DNA of 64,000 bases from Eledone cirrhosa. Lineage: Eukaryota. Both the position numbers and the translations under genes were made by a program. The notes under the pieces are model-generated. The model had not been told where the DNA came from, made no database searches, and worked only from the letters and a program-made list of their open reading frames with translations. Each line of letters starts with the position of its first letter. Within the stretch, counting starts at the first letter, position 1. Location: the NCBI GenBank assembly GCA_964016885.1, contig OZ024745.1:81468001-81532000 (forward strand). Reading direction: 5' to 3'. Shown one piece after another: positions 1-12,760 of the stretch.

Positions 1-85
1 AATCTCCTGGGCTCGACACTGCACCAACATCTCATCAGATATGCAGGTTCATATGTGCAGAACACATACATACTTACACACACAC

Positions 86-172
<87 letters not shown>

Positions 173-590
173 GAGAGAGAGGGAGGAGATAGATAGATAA
201 ATGCATAGATAGATATTAGAAAACAGACGGTGTGTGTGTGTGTCCCCACATATTCATATATAAATATATATATGCGTGTTTTTATGTGAAGAATATAGAT
301 GGACAGACAGACAGATAAAAAGAAAGAAACACACAAAGATAGATAGAGAGATAGACATCTGGACAAATAGATATATTTCTTTATTTACCATAAAGGCATA
401 AAAAGAAGGGACAAATACAAAGGGGGAGTTTACATACAATCGAGTAAAAAGGGTATAAAATGAAAATAATCGAATATAACCTCAAAAGGGAGGGGACGTG
501 ATGGGGGTTGCACACACCCCCGAAAAAGTGTGCAATCCTTTGCCCGGGGAGCACATGGAGAAGGTGCTCCCCTCTCCTTCACTTCTTTAC

Positions 591-3500
591 CTACAGGATG
601 GTATACAGAGAAGGCCCATTTACACGAGCCATTCTCGCCACTATCACCCACCTTTCATAAAACTGCCTGTGGCCAAGCACCTCTCTCTCCATTCTTATCC
701 TTCTTCCGAAGTGATATCGGAAGAAGTAGACCAGACTATGGCCAGAGAGGAAGTTGCCTGACCTCAGACCTTTCAATCGTGTCCACCAAACAACCTCTTT
801 CAACATGGCTATTACGCACAGAAAAACCGCCTTTGCTTCCTTTGTGAAGAGGGGAGGCGGTTTGATTGTCATCACGGACTCGGCGGTCAATTGAATCGGC
901 GCCACCCGCGACAGCAGTCGTTCGGCGTAGCCCCACAGATCAGCCACGCCCGGACATTGCACCAATGCGTGCGCAACGGTTTCTTTGTGACGCACGCATC
1001 TAGGGCAAATCTTTGTTGAGGGATCCCTGCCCGGGCGCCCGTGTCTGTAGAGCCTCTCTCGAACGGGTAGAGCCCCCCGGTAGCACTGCCAGGCTAGTGA
1101 CTTCTGGAAGTTGTCCATTGGTCTCGGGCCGAAAGTCCTACCGAACAGGCTGGCCAGTTCGTCCTCTTCCATGTCCAGTGACTCTCCAAGGGTGTCATCG
1201 CCCCTGCTAGCCACCAGCCCTCTATAGAATGATGAGGTGGATTCTCCACCGATGGACTGGCCCGCTTGCCAGATAGCCCTGAGCGCCTGAGCACACTCAG
1301 TGTGCCAGTCTCCCAGTTTTCCGGATCTTTTCTTGACCCAGGACTGCAGCTCGGTGAGCGAGACGAGTCTCGGAAAGGCTCGTTTCACGAACGGAGCCCA
1401 CACCGGTTGACCAGTGAGGAATACCTGTAGGTGCCGTAGCCTTAATGCGTGCCTACGCATCATCAACCACGGCATCCCCAGCCCTCCTTTCGAAGGTTGT
1501 TGGCAGCAGATGTATCTTCTCACCATAGGAGGGCGCTTCTTCTAAAGAAATTGGAAGAGCATGCGTTCCATGGGGGTGAGTGTTTCCTTAGGGCAAGGCA
1601 CGACAGTCAGGCGGTAGTAAGTGACGGACGCTATGTAAATGTTCGCCACCTCCGCCCGGCCTTTTAGGGACAGCTTACACTTGGCCCATTTCTGGGTTAG
1701 TGCAAACACCTTGTTCGTAACCTCGTCCCAGTTCTTTTCCACCTGGAGGTCCGGTCCAAACCAGACCCCAAGCAACTTTACCGGGCCCTCCGTCCAGTGT
1801 CCGACGACACCGTCGGGAGGCATCGGTCTGCCTCTCCACGTTCCGAGTTGCAGCCCGATGGATTTTTCCCGGTTCAGTTTCGCTCCTGACAACCTTTCGT
1901 AATCCTCCAGTAAGGTACCGATCGCCTCGATTTCCGTGTCGTTGATACCATTACTGTTACGTCATCGGCGTAGGCCGACACCGCTATGCTCAATCCTGGT
2001 TCCAGTGGGATACCCTGCAACAACTCTAACTTCCTCAGTAAAGGCTCGAGAGTCAATACGTACAGAAGGGAGGAGAGAGGGCACCCCTGTCGAATGGATC
2101 GTGTGATTTCGAACGGCTTCGAAAGGTAGCCGTTCACCTTGATCCTAGAACAGATGTGGTTGCTATGTAAGGCAGTGATCCAGCCTCTGAAAACAAGACC
2201 GAACCCAGCCGCCGCTAACACCGCATCCAGGTAACCATGGTCGACCCTATCGAAGGCCTTAGACTGATCCAAGTTGATCAGGGCCCCACCGAAGCCAGGT
2301 TCGTTGCCAACCCTCTCTATGATGTATCGCATGAGGTGGAGGTTATCGTGAATGGACCTGGATGGGATAGCACATGTCTGCGCATCTCCCACCAGGCTAC
2401 CCACGACAAGCGCCAACCTCTTTGCTAACACCTTGGCCAAAATCTTTAACTCTGTGTTTAGCAGGGTTATGGGCCAAAAATTATTTATACTATCTCCCTT
2501 GTTCTCGTCCTTCCTCACCAGCGAGACTACGCCCTTGGCTACAGAACAAGGAATTCTCCCGTTCTGCTGCCAATTGCAGTAGACCGCTTCGAGGAGTTCG
2601 GAGAAGAAGACCGGCATTGCTAAATAAAGTTCGTAAGGTATACCATCGAGACCTGGAGATTTGCGTCTGCTGCATTGGCTCAGCGCATCTCCGATCTCAT
2701 CAGCCGAGATTGGTCCCTCGCAGGACTCTGCCTCTTCGCTCGAGAGACGCGGCAGGCCGTCGAGGTATGGACCGAAATCCACGTCCCCGCCCGGACCCTC
2801 GCCTCCCCCGAATAATCGGGCAAAGTGCCTTTGAAAGGCCTCGCACATCTGCTTAGGCTCCCGGATCACCCGTCCATCCTCGTCTTGCAACGACCGGATG
2901 GTGGATCGATTTCCACTCTTAGCTTCTGTCACGCGGGCCCAGCCAACGGCTTTGGCTCCCTCATTACCTAGAGCACGTATTTTACTTCGAATGACGCAGC
3001 CTTCGTGCTTTGCATCGAAAAACTGGTTCAAGGCCGTCCTCGATGCCAGCACTCTGGCCAGATCTTCGCTCTTGATTGCCTCTTCTAATTTACCTGTTAA
3101 TTCTTTCTCGTTTCTATTCCTATCGGCAGCTAACATCTTGCTATAACTTATTGATTCTGTTCTAATCTCTCTTTTGAGAGATGCCCACCATCGGTTGTTG
3201 ACGATTGCACCCGTCAACCTCTCCTTAACTAATCTGCTAATCCGGTTTCTGTAAGTCTCTTTTGCCGGTAAAGACAAATTAAGTTTCCAGTAACCGGGAC
3301 CCTGTTTATGTGTTTTCTCGAGATTGACTACGCAGGTCACTAATTTGTGATCCGTATAGCCAACCGTGCGCATTTCTGGACAGCTTAATATGTCCCTATC
3401 CTTACTTCTAACTAAGAATCTATCTAAGTACGATCTAGATTGACCACTGTGGTTTCTCCAAGTCCAGGTAGGCACAGTTGGAAAATCTAGTCGATATCTA

Positions 3501-4027
3501 TCGACCAAGTTAAAACGGTCGAGTAACCCCTTGAGGCTGTTACAGCCCCCTCTATTAGGACATGCTCCTGCATAGTCCCAACGTGCATCTAGGATGTCAT
3601 TCCAATCCCCCGCTAGAAGCAGGGAACGCGACGTTCCCAGAAAAGTCTCCAAACGCTGGAAGAAGTCGGGCCGTTCAGCTCCGAAAGGGGAGTAGACGGC
3701 GACCAGTCTCAAGGCCGCACCTTCACTACTGCCAACGTCTAGCACCAACAAACGACCCTCCGGGTCCGAGTGAACAACCTGTACGGCAAGACCCAGGTGT
3801 TTTTGCAGCAGTACGACAACCCCACCCCCACCTCCAGGTTGACAGAGAGATGCATGCACCTCAAAGTCATCGAAGGTAGGGGCCAGCTGCCGCACGACGC
3901 TGATCCGAGTCTCACAGATAACCATTACATTTATACCACATGACCTGAGGTCATTTAGAAGCTTTGCTTGCTTCCAAGTTGAGCCCAGGCCGCGTGCATT
4001 CAAACATCCTACTCTTAACACATCCAT
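591..4027 (-). pseudogene. ORF2p: APE endonuclease, reverse transcriptase and C-terminal CCHC; two frameshifts (~1940, ~1545)
   Basis: LNARGL, GDWN, YLDR, TDH (APE); SPGLDG, PITLLN, LDQSKAFDRV, QGCPLS, YADD, LLGVWF (RT); CPRC..ETVAHALVQC. Confidence 0.93.
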
Positions 4028-4060
4028 GTGGGCGGCAGAGCCAAAGGAGAGTGTAGAGAC

Positions 4061-5764
4061 CTACCTTTCTGCTTCCCGGGGTTCGGGTCGCACGACTTCC
4101 ATGGGGTCGGGGGTGTTGGGTGAAGGGGTGTCTTGTGGTGGTGTGGGGTCGTCAGTGTGTGGTGGGGTTGGTGTGTTTGGAGTTGTGTTGGGGAGGGGAA
4201 GGGGAGGGGGAAAGCTTTTTAGTAGGACGCGGTTTATGGGTTTGACAGAGGGTGGTCCTACGTCCTCCTTAAAATCCTTTTTTAGTTTTTGGCAGAGGTT
4301 CATTGGGATCTTTATTAATTTTAAATGTGGGTAGTTTTCTGAAGAAACAAAGTTTACACCTTCGGTTTGTACCGAAGGATTATTGTTTATGAGTTTATTT
4401 AATTTATTATTGTTTCTGTTGATGTAAGTATAGTGTAATGTCTTTTTTTCGGATGGTGTCAGTGTTTCGAAGAGGGGAGGGGCAGGTTTGGTTTTGTTTG
4501 TTGCTGGAGGGGTGTTTTGTGTTTTGTTGGATTGTGTTGACATTTGGGTGGGGGTTGTTTGGCCTTGTGTGTTTTGCACATGTTTTCTTTTTTTCCTTTT
4601 AATCTGTCTGAAGGACTCCGTTTCTTCTTCCGAATTCGTTGGGTTATCTTCAGTGTTGGAGGGAAGAGGTATGTTTGCTGGTAATGTTTCCGTGTTGGTT
4701 TTCTTTGTGGGGGAGATGGATGTCACTATGTTAGACTGTGTTGTGTGTTGTGGCTGCGGTGGTTGTGTTGTTTTATTGAGTGAGGGGTTGGGTGGGCCTG
4801 TATTTTGTTTTGGGGTAATGTGTTGTGACTGTTTGTGTTGTGGTGGTGGTGTAGTTTTACTGAGGGACGGGTTGGGTGGGACTGAGTTTTGTTGTTTGTT
4901 TATCTGTTGTGGTGGTGGTGGTGGAGCTGGTGTTGGTAACAGGGTTTTCTTTTTGTTGAGCTGGGGACAAGCGGCCTTCAGGTGCCCTCTGCCTGCACAG
5001 ATATGACAGGACGGCCTTCTCCCCTCCACGCTAATGTTTATATACCCGTGGCCCTCTAATAGGATTCTGTCGGGTATTTGGGCGATGCGTTCAGGCTTCA
5101 TTTGCACTACCAGCTCTATACCTGTTCCACTGAACGCATTGCCTGTGGTTTTCCCAATGGAAATCATGTTGTCATTCACTGGATCGATGAAGCCAGCTAT
5201 GAGCCAGCAGTAGTCCACATCTGGCATCATTGCATCCAGCCATATGCGTTGAGTTCTTTTACCCATATAAGATGGATAAAAGGTAAAAATTTTCGAACGA
5301 ATCGGTGACAAAGCACATTTTTTTGCCGCCGATTCGTTCTTCATAATAATCGCTAGGCTTCCATACAGTCTGTCTTTTCTTATGAAAGTGGTTTCATTAA
5401 GTACTTCTGTAAGTACTGTTTTAATATCTGTTTGAGTTGGCTGTTCAGGTTTTTTTGAAGTGTTGTTGATGGTGCGGAACACGACCGTTCGACTTTCAAT
5501 GTCTTTGGTGAGTTCTTGAGGCATTTTTACCGATAAAATACCATTCTCTCCTTCACTTATGTATTGTTTGGCGTCTGTGATTCTTTGTGCCACATCTGAA
5601 ATATTTTCAGGTATATATGTCAAAGATTTCTTTGTGGTTTGTGCAAATGAAATCTTGTTGGTGTTGACTTTGTCGTCTGCTTTGCTTTCTGTTATGATGT
5701 TGTTTTCAAATGTTATTTTTGTGTTTGTTGTGTCTTTGTTTGTGGTATTAATATTGTCAGGCAA
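4061..5764 (-). CDS. Tx1-type ORF1p (CCHC zinc knuckle, long P/T/Q-rich region)
   Basis: 567-aa ORF with CHICAGRGHLKAAC (CX2CX4HX4C). The true start may be the ATG at ~5799, across an A-run frameshift. Confidence 0.85.
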   Translation of the reverse strand: MPDNINTTNKDTTNTKITFENNIITESKADDKVNTNKISFAQTTKKSLTYIPENISDVAQRITDAKQYISEGENGILSVKMPQELTKDIESRTVVFRTINNTSKKPEQPTQTDIKTVLTEVLNETTFIRKDRLYGSLAIIMKNESAAKKCALSPIRSKIFTFYPSYMGKRTQRIWLDAMMPDVDYCWLIAGFIDPVNDNMISIGKTTGNAFSGTGIELVVQMKPERIAQIPDRILLEGHGYINISVEGRRPSCHICAGRGHLKAACPQLNKKKTLLPTPAPPPPPQQINKQQNSVPPNPSLSKTTPPPQHKQSQHITPKQNTGPPNPSLNKTTQPPQPQHTTQSNIVTSISPTKKTNTETLPANIPLPSNTEDNPTNSEEETESFRQIKRKKRKHVQNTQGQTTPTQMSTQSNKTQNTPPATNKTKPAPPLFETLTPSEKKTLHYTYINRNNNKLNKLINNNPSVQTEGVNFVSSENYPHLKLIKIPMNLCQKLKKDFKEDVGPPSVKPINRVLLKSFPPPLPLPNTTPNTPTPPHTDDPTPPQDTPSPNTPDPMEVVRPEPREAER

Positions 5765-6433
5765 TTTTTCAAATTTTTTTTTTCGTTGTTGGAATCCATG
5801 TCCAGATTTGTGTTTTCGTCATTTTTCTCCGCAGATTCGTCTGTTTTTATCTTATTTTTTCCTTCCTTGTCTATGACGTTAGTTGGGAAGGAAGGGGGGA
5901 CTAAAGCGTGCGAGCTTACAACTCTTACCGCTGTCCCCCACCACTATTTTCGTTAGCTTCGTTTAACATTTCTGTCAGACGATTGAAATTTTTTTTTTTT
6001 GCCACAAAATTTTTAAAAACAGGTTTTTCACCCCTAGGAGAGGTAAAGATGAGCTGACCCACCGCCTGACAGTTCAGACGGGGGGTCAAGCTACACAATA
6101 GTATCAAAATTAAAATTGAACTTACAAAATTTCCGCAATAAATTTGAACAAAACTTCTGCGCGAAGTGAATTACATCTACGCTGTAGAACAGACGACAGC
6201 TAGATTATCTACATCTGGACAAATAGATAGATACATAGACAGGCACACAGTTACTAGTAGAGATGTATATACGATATGTTTATGTATGATAAATATACAA
6301 GAGCCTTGCTATGAATAATTTAAGCTGTGATCATGTTACAGCTATCTCAGTAGTTGTGTGAGAATGCCAGACACGTGTTTATCGATTTTATCCGCCATCT
6401 GAAATATTTACTCACTCGGTACTGAGACTTGCG

Positions 6434-6770
6434 AATGAAACATAGGCCGGCGATGCTCATTTGCATACAGTACAAATGAAACATCGGCTGGAGATGCTCA
6501 TGCGCATACAATACAAATGAAACATCAGCGAGAGATGCTCATTTGCATACAGCACAAATGAAACATCGGCTGGAGATGCTCATTTGCATACAGTACAACT
6601 GAACCTTCGGTTGGAGATGCTCATGCGCATACAGTACAAATGAAACATCGGCTGGAGATGCCCATCGACATATAGTACAAGTGAAACATCGGTTGGAGAT
6701 GCTCATTTGCATACAGTACAAATTAAACATCGGTGAGAGATGCTCATTTGCATACAGTACAACCGAACAT
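6434..6770. repeat. 41-bp tandem repeat, ~8 copies, 5 carrying a perfect octamer ATTTGCAT
   Basis: Unit ATGAAACATCGGCTGGAGATGCTCATTTGCATACAGTACAA; period 41 (6436, 6477, 6518). Confidence 0.93.
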
Positions 6771-6974
6771 TCAAAGTATTTATCAATAGCGATACATCCA
6801 CACAATCTAATATTGCAGAAAGAAATTTCATTAATGCACTAGGGCTTGATGAACACAACCACAAGGATATGGTCCGAACGTAGAAGAGCCGAACTCCCAC
6901 TATCATCGCCTCCATCTCTCTCGCCCTCCCCATCTCTCCGTTTGGTGAGCAAATGGGGTCCCACGTGCTGGTCT

Positions 6975-7043
6975 CCCCACAGCTCCGGCGGACAGAATGG
7001 AGAAGGCGTTTCCCCGGAGGATGGTAAGGGAGATGCGCTGGAA
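6975..7043 (-). mobile_element. Short CRE-like LINE fragment, copy of 42346-42416
   Basis: Near-identical sequence CGGCGGACAGAATGGAGAAGGCGTTTCCCCGGAGGATGGTAAGGG. Confidence 0.7.
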
Positions 7044-7416
7044 AGAATTATAAATCAAATATGCCTAAATTCCAGTTACATACAGTAAATAATTTATAAA
7101 AAGACTCCTCGATAATTATCAAAGAACAGATAAAGACGGAGGAACGGAAATTGTGAACAAAAATCATTACAAAGATATGGTTTTAGAACAATTAAATGAC
7201 AAATATTTCCACAAGAAACTAAAAATAAACAAAAAAAACAGTCGAAGAGAAAAGAAAAATGTTCCAAGAAGATACATTTATATAAAATACCAAAGCAACC
7301 TAAGATGGTCAACTGAATAAGCATGTTTTTTTCTCTCTCCAATTTTTGTTCTCATTTTCCCCTGTCCATCCCCTCATAACTCTTTACTTTCTATTCATCT
7401 TCTATTTATAACTCTA

Positions 7417-7452
7417 TCTTCTGATGAAGGACTAGAGTCCGAAACGTTAAGA
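7417..7452 (+). ncRNA. Minimal type I hammerhead ribozyme (Penelope-type)
   Basis: TCTT-CTGATGA-A-GGAC(TAGA)GTCC-GAAAC-GTT-AAGA; palindromic stem III (AACGTT). Confidence 0.75.
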
Positions 7453-8094
7453 CTCTTTTCCGGCTATTTCAAGCGTTAAACTAATATATTTCTTCCATGT
7501 ACTGTGCCGTTTGATTTGTTATTTTTTTTATTTCTGTTTACTTTTTACATACATATATATATAATAAATTGGCTGCTAAGCAGGCACAGTAAACGATGAA
7601 TGTATATCTATATAAATACAGTAAGGAGGTAACCGAAACTGTGTAAATGTATATATATTTACACATTCAGCGCTTAGACTTGTAAACATGTCTAATTCGC
7701 ATTTTACCCTGTAAATTGAAAAAAAAAAAGAGAAATACCTTGAATCTATTTTTGCTCTTTTGGTACTTCTCATGAGAGAAGATATGTTTATAATCTAACA
7801 AGGAAATATGCAAATGGAGAGTATATATATATATACTATCACTTATAGTATTATCATTGAAACGGACGTACTAATTTGCATATTATTCTCTTTGTAGTTA
7901 ATTTTAATATATATTAAATAGTGCGCTAAGCATTCAAGTATACGATAGATTTAAATCTGTATATACAAGTATAGAGATAACTCGAGACTGCGTCAATGTG
8001 TATATCAATTTACACACTTAGTGTTTAGACTTGTAATCATGCCAAATTCACACATTTCTCTGTAAACTGAAAGAAATGATATCTTGAACAGGCA

Positions 8095-8345
<251 letters not shown>

Positions 8346-8540
8346 CACATAGCCTTTGATTTATTTGAGCTTCGGGTCCTTCGTGCTGTTTTTGAGCTGC
8401 TCTATTCCTCTACTTCTGCTGTCTTGATGATTTTCATACATCTGATTCCTCTTGACGAATAGTTGCTTCCATTGTCTTATCTTCAGCAAGCCTTTTTAAT
8501 CTTTGTTCTACTGATTTATCCAGTCTATTCTATGCACTTT

Positions 8541-8731
8541 AGAGCGGATTGGCAGTGTCGGGAGAGGGTCGTACGTCATGCTTTGACGCATAGAGTTACG
8601 GCCTTTTCCATTCTGAGTTCAAATCCCGCCGAGGTCAACTTTGCCTTTCATCCTTACGGGGTCGATAAAATAAAGTACCAGTAATGTACTGAGTAATTGC
8701 TGGCCTTGTGTCAAAAGTAGAAACAATTATT
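8541..8731 (+). mobile_element. tRNA-derived SINE with Meta/MESC-like core
   Basis: Box A-like TGGCAGTGTCGG, box B GAGTTCAAATCCC, core CTTTCATCCTTACGGGGTCGATAAAATAAAGTACCAG; about 15 copies in the window. Confidence 0.88.
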
Positions 8732-9129
8732 TGTTGTTGAAACCTTGATGATCTTTGTGCATCTGATTCATCCTGTGTGTTTTGTGCTGTAGTTTTGTAC
8801 ATCTAATTCCTCTTGACGAAAAGTTGCTTTCCTTGTCCTATCATCAGCAAGCCTTTTTGATCTTTGTTCTTCTGATTCATTTTACCTATATTTCGTTGTT
8901 GTTTTTCTTTGTTTTGGGAGTTTTTCTTGTCACTGCTCTTCACTTTCATTCTCCCTTTGTAGCTACTTTGCCATAGCTTTATAATTTTTTCCTCGAGGCA
9001 TCTTTTTTTTTTTGCTTGCAACTTCAACTGACACTATTATTTATCTAAAAAAAAAAAATTTTTCTGTTAACAATGAATCTAAGGACTCACTGCATTAACC
9101 TCCAGTTATTTTTCGGGTAGAGAGAATAT

Positions 9130-9780
9130 CTTGGTGTCCGGCAACAACTTTCGGCTGCCAGACCTTTTTCAGTCCCCTCCTGTTGACTGCTTCTGTTTGG
9201 AGGCTAAACATAGTGAGGGACTAGATGCTTGGAGAAGATGGAAACGACTAAACCTTTATAAGGCCCACAGAAATGTCATGATGGACACACAACAAGTAAC
9301 ATGCTGGATCTGTTGAAGCCCGGTAAACCAACAACCGCGTTCTCCACTATTATTTCCCAGGTTGAAGCAGGCTAATGTGCAACCAGGATGACAACAATAA
9401 CAACTACATCTACAGCCTTTCTAAGGAAAATACTGTCTTTGGGACATGAAACGTCCGCACTCTATATCATTGTGGAAGGACGAAAGAACTAACATATTGG
9501 AATACTAGGGCTGACTGAAGTCAGGTGAACTGAATTTGGTGAGAGAACGTCAGATGAAGACCACAAACTGTGGCACAGCGGAGATGACACTAAGCACGGA
9601 CATGGAATGAGCTTCATCGTTAACAAGACCAAGGTGAGCTTAATCATCAGTTGTACACCAGTATCGGCAGGGTCATCATCGAACGTAAGACGGCAATACC
9701 ACAAAACATTACTATCGTACAAGTCCATGCGCCAATGCTTAAATATGATGATGATACTGTCAAAGAGTTCTATGAATAGG
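9130..9780 (+). mobile_element. Decayed RTE-clade LINE 5' part (APE endonuclease)
   Basis: Broken motifs GT*NVRTL, ILGLTEVR, GDDTKHGHGMSFIVNK, IVQVHAP. Confidence 0.75.
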
Positions 9781-10059
9781 AAGGTGTGGAAGGAAAGTGA
9801 CATAATAGTAAAAACATTTAAAATGTGGCAGCTGTACCGTAATGGATGTTACCGAGGATGATACTCTCTTCGAAAATAATTGTGCATCCAATGTTGAACA
9901 TTTATATTCCTTTCCAAGCGCCAGCGAAAGTAACAACGATATTGTAGATTTTGAAGCTAACTAAATAAATCTTTTTGTAGGCTAAGAATTTCTTTTATTT
10001 CGATGTTTTGAGTTCTTGTGTCTGAAACAATATTCTTTTTTCAATAACAAGTTAAATTT

Positions 10060-10155
10060 TTGTACAATAAAAGTCTTTTAAATACGCCTGTAACTTTTTC
10101 CCAAACATTCTTCTTCAAATTAAGGGTGTGTCTTATATACAGAAAAATACGGTAT
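10060..10155 (-). mobile_element. Possible pogo/Tc1-like terminal inverted repeat remnant
   Basis: Minus strand reads TA-CCGTATTTTTCTGTATATAAGACACACCC, resembling pogo-type MITE ends; no partner end found. Confidence 0.35.
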
Positions 10156-10227
10156 ATACGCCCGCAAGCTCACATACAAATGTGTATATATAATTGTATA
10201 CATACACACACACACAAATATATATAT

Positions 10228-10311
<84 letters not shown>

Positions 10312-10394
10312 AATAAGATTTCGCTTCGAGCATTGCTTTATACAATATGTATAGAAATTTCGTATTTCGAAAGAAATACGGTTTTAGTCGCAAG

Positions 10395-10983
10395 CGGTAA
10401 GGCTAATAGAATAAACTCATGGTATGATAGCAATAAATACCAGAGTGTAATGTTCATCGATACAACCCCTAGAGGTGAATTAGCTTACAAATTTAGAAGG
10501 GCCCTAGATAAACATAAACTCAATATTAAGATAGTAGAAAGACCAGGTACCTCCGTAAAAACACTTATTAGCAAGACATACCCTTTTCAAAGACCCCCCT
10601 GTATAGATAAGAAATGTATAACCTGTAAAATAAGCCCCCATATTAACTGTAAAACTAGAAATGTAGTATATAGCATAAGATGTACTGAAGGACAATGTAG
10701 AGACAAAAATATAGTGTACATAGGTGAGACAGCTCGTAGTGTAGCGGAACGGATAAATGAACACTGGCGAGACCTTCAAGATAGTAAAGAATCATCTGTA
10801 CTCTACCAACATGCTAAAATAGAACATAAGGGTAAATTAGAGAACATAGAAATAAAAATAGAATCTACACACAGAAAAGACGCAATGTTTAGACAAATCA
10901 CAGAGGCAATAAACATAAAAGAATTACAACCAAAATTAAATAGAAAATATGAGTGGAACAGCAACATCACAACTTACAATTAA
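10395..10983 (+). pseudogene. 5'-truncated Penelope-like element, GIY-YIG endonuclease
   Basis: C..C..C, TRNVVYSIRC...C...VYIGETARSVAERINEH, EAINIKELQPKLN. Confidence 0.9.
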
Positions 10984-11173
10984 GGACAAAATGAAAACAC
11001 ACACGCACATAGAACAAACAACCAACCGGTAACATGTAAATAAACAAATAAATAAACGAATATAAACACACACAGACACCCGGATGTGACGCATGCGCAG
11101 ACTGAGCACACAGAAACAAAATGGCGTAGGACAGAACAAAGGAGAGGCACAAAAACAAAGAAAAGAATCCCCA

Positions 11174-11216
11174 GTCACTGAAGAGGTCACAGAATGTGTG
11201 ACGAAAGAACTTTGAC
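11174..11216 (+). ncRNA. Hammerhead ribozyme in the Penelope 3' pseudo-LTR
   Basis: GTCA-CTGAAGA-G-GTCACA(GAATG)TGTGAC-GAAA-GAAC-TT-TGAC, ~190 bp after the GIY-YIG stop. Confidence 0.8.
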
Positions 11217-11423
11217 AATATATAAACAACTATCTGGTTGTGGAACCAACCAACCAACCAGAAATTTATAAATTCCTAAATTTATAAATTTATTTTAATA
11301 AATTGAAGTGAAAGCAACTGGTGCGTGTGTTTCTTATTGGCAACATGACCCTCCCAAAGTATAACAATATCGGTTTCTAACACACGTTTTCAGATAAAGA
11401 ATCTTGCTAAACAAATTCAGAAA

Positions 11424-11503
<80 letters not shown>

Positions 11504-11785
11504 TATATATATGCATATAAGTATATAAATACATGAATATGTATAATTGTGCCAATTAATTTCAGCCAATAATGAAATAGAAATGTAAGACAGAAATGTA
11601 GAGACATACAGAGAGTGGGGGAAAATGCAGCTAAATTAATAAAATTGTTATCGTACACGAAAATATTCTAATGTATTGTGTACTCGTCAACAATATCAGT
11701 AAAGAACATCAGTATTAAACGAAATGAATTACAAAATCAAATATGTTAGTGGGAATTCGTATCCTTCACACATCATGCTTATTAT

Positions 11786-12013
11786 TGTGGGTTGGCAATA
11801 TCGGTAGAGCGTTGGATAATACACTTTGTGTCATATAATTACGTCCCTTTATGTTCTGTGTTCTAATCCTACCGAGGTTAGCTTTGACTTTCATCCTGAC
11901 GGGGTCAATAAAATAAAGTAGCAGTAATGCACTGGGGTCGATTTAATCGACTTTCCCCTTTCTCCCAAATTGTTGGCCTTGTGCTTAAATCAGAAACCAT
12001 TATTATTATTATT
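11786..12013 (+). mobile_element. tRNA-SINE, long variant, (TTA)n tail
   Basis: Same family core plus the extra GGGGTCGATTTAATCGAC segment. Confidence 0.85.
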
Positions 12014-12760
12014 AGTTGACTATTTATCTCGACCAGCGTTCATATTGCTTTGTATCGGGTATTTTAGGGAATACTGGGCTAAAACTAGTAATCTAAGGTA
12101 CTCCAACTTTTTCATATCATTTCTTGACATATCATTACTGACGGTAGTCCAGAACCTTTCTCAATATTCAAGCTGTTCCTAGTAAGCATGTCTTCTGGAG
12201 TGGTTCAATCCCTGGTGTAGAATCTATCTCCCACATATAGTGTTTTGCCACCATGCAAAGAGCACCAATCACCACTGGGACAATGGCGACTGTATTCACT
12301 TTATTATTCCAGCATTTCAAGATCTCATATTTTAGATCGGTATAAACACCTACTTTCTCCTCTTCTCGTTCAATTCTGGTATCATAAAGTCATGCCACAT
12401 CTATGAGAATACCGGTTCTCTCTTTCTTCTCAATTACAACAGTATCTGGTTTGTCGTGTTCAATCTTTATCTCGGTCTGAATTGGGAAGTCCAATAAGAG
12501 CTTTATCTCATTGTTTTTTTAGCATTCTCATCTCACGTGTGACACTATGTTCATAGCTGTTTTTCTGAACATGGAAATCCATACATTTTACACCAACTCC
12601 AGTGCAACATGACAACCACTTACCACGGCGGCCTTTTTAGTAATCATTCTGGGCTAACTGCTTACACTCTGAAACTATATGAACAACAGATTGTTGTTCG
12701 GGCAAATATTTCACCGTAGTCTGTCAAAGTTCTGTTTGTAGTGGCTTCTTATTAATTCGA
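12000..12760 (-). mobile_element. R4/Dong-like LINE 3' fragment (restriction-like endonuclease)
   Basis: HIVSECKQLAQ, DFPIQTEIKIEHDKPDTVVIEKK, LIDVA, IVPVVIGAL, LQKTCLLGTA*ILRKVL; (TAA)n tail. Confidence 0.8.

Larger units (their letters stand above)
374..6210 (-). mobile_element. Full-length L1/Tx1-clade non-LTR retrotransposon, subfamily A (copy 1)
   Basis: ORF1 plus APE-RT ORF2; 3'UTR ends AATAAAGAAATA with no poly(A); exact 19-bp TSD ACATCTGGACAAATAGATA at 355-373 and 6211-6229. Confidence 0.95.

Noticed and set aside
4488-5006. Antisense ORFs over Tx1 ORF1/ORF2
   Set aside because: Shadow frames of low-complexity or GC-rich coding sequence.
6434-6770. CRISPR-like array
   Set aside because: Head-to-tail 41-bp units with no unique spacers, no cas genes and a eukaryotic context.
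8541-8630. tRNA genes at box A/B motifs
   Set aside because: They are SINE heads with lengthened A-B spacing and no cloverleaf.
10060-10394. N-terminal third of the 307-aa ORF
   Set aside because: Chance read-through of a MITE end and (TA)n; only the part from ~10395 is Penelope-like.
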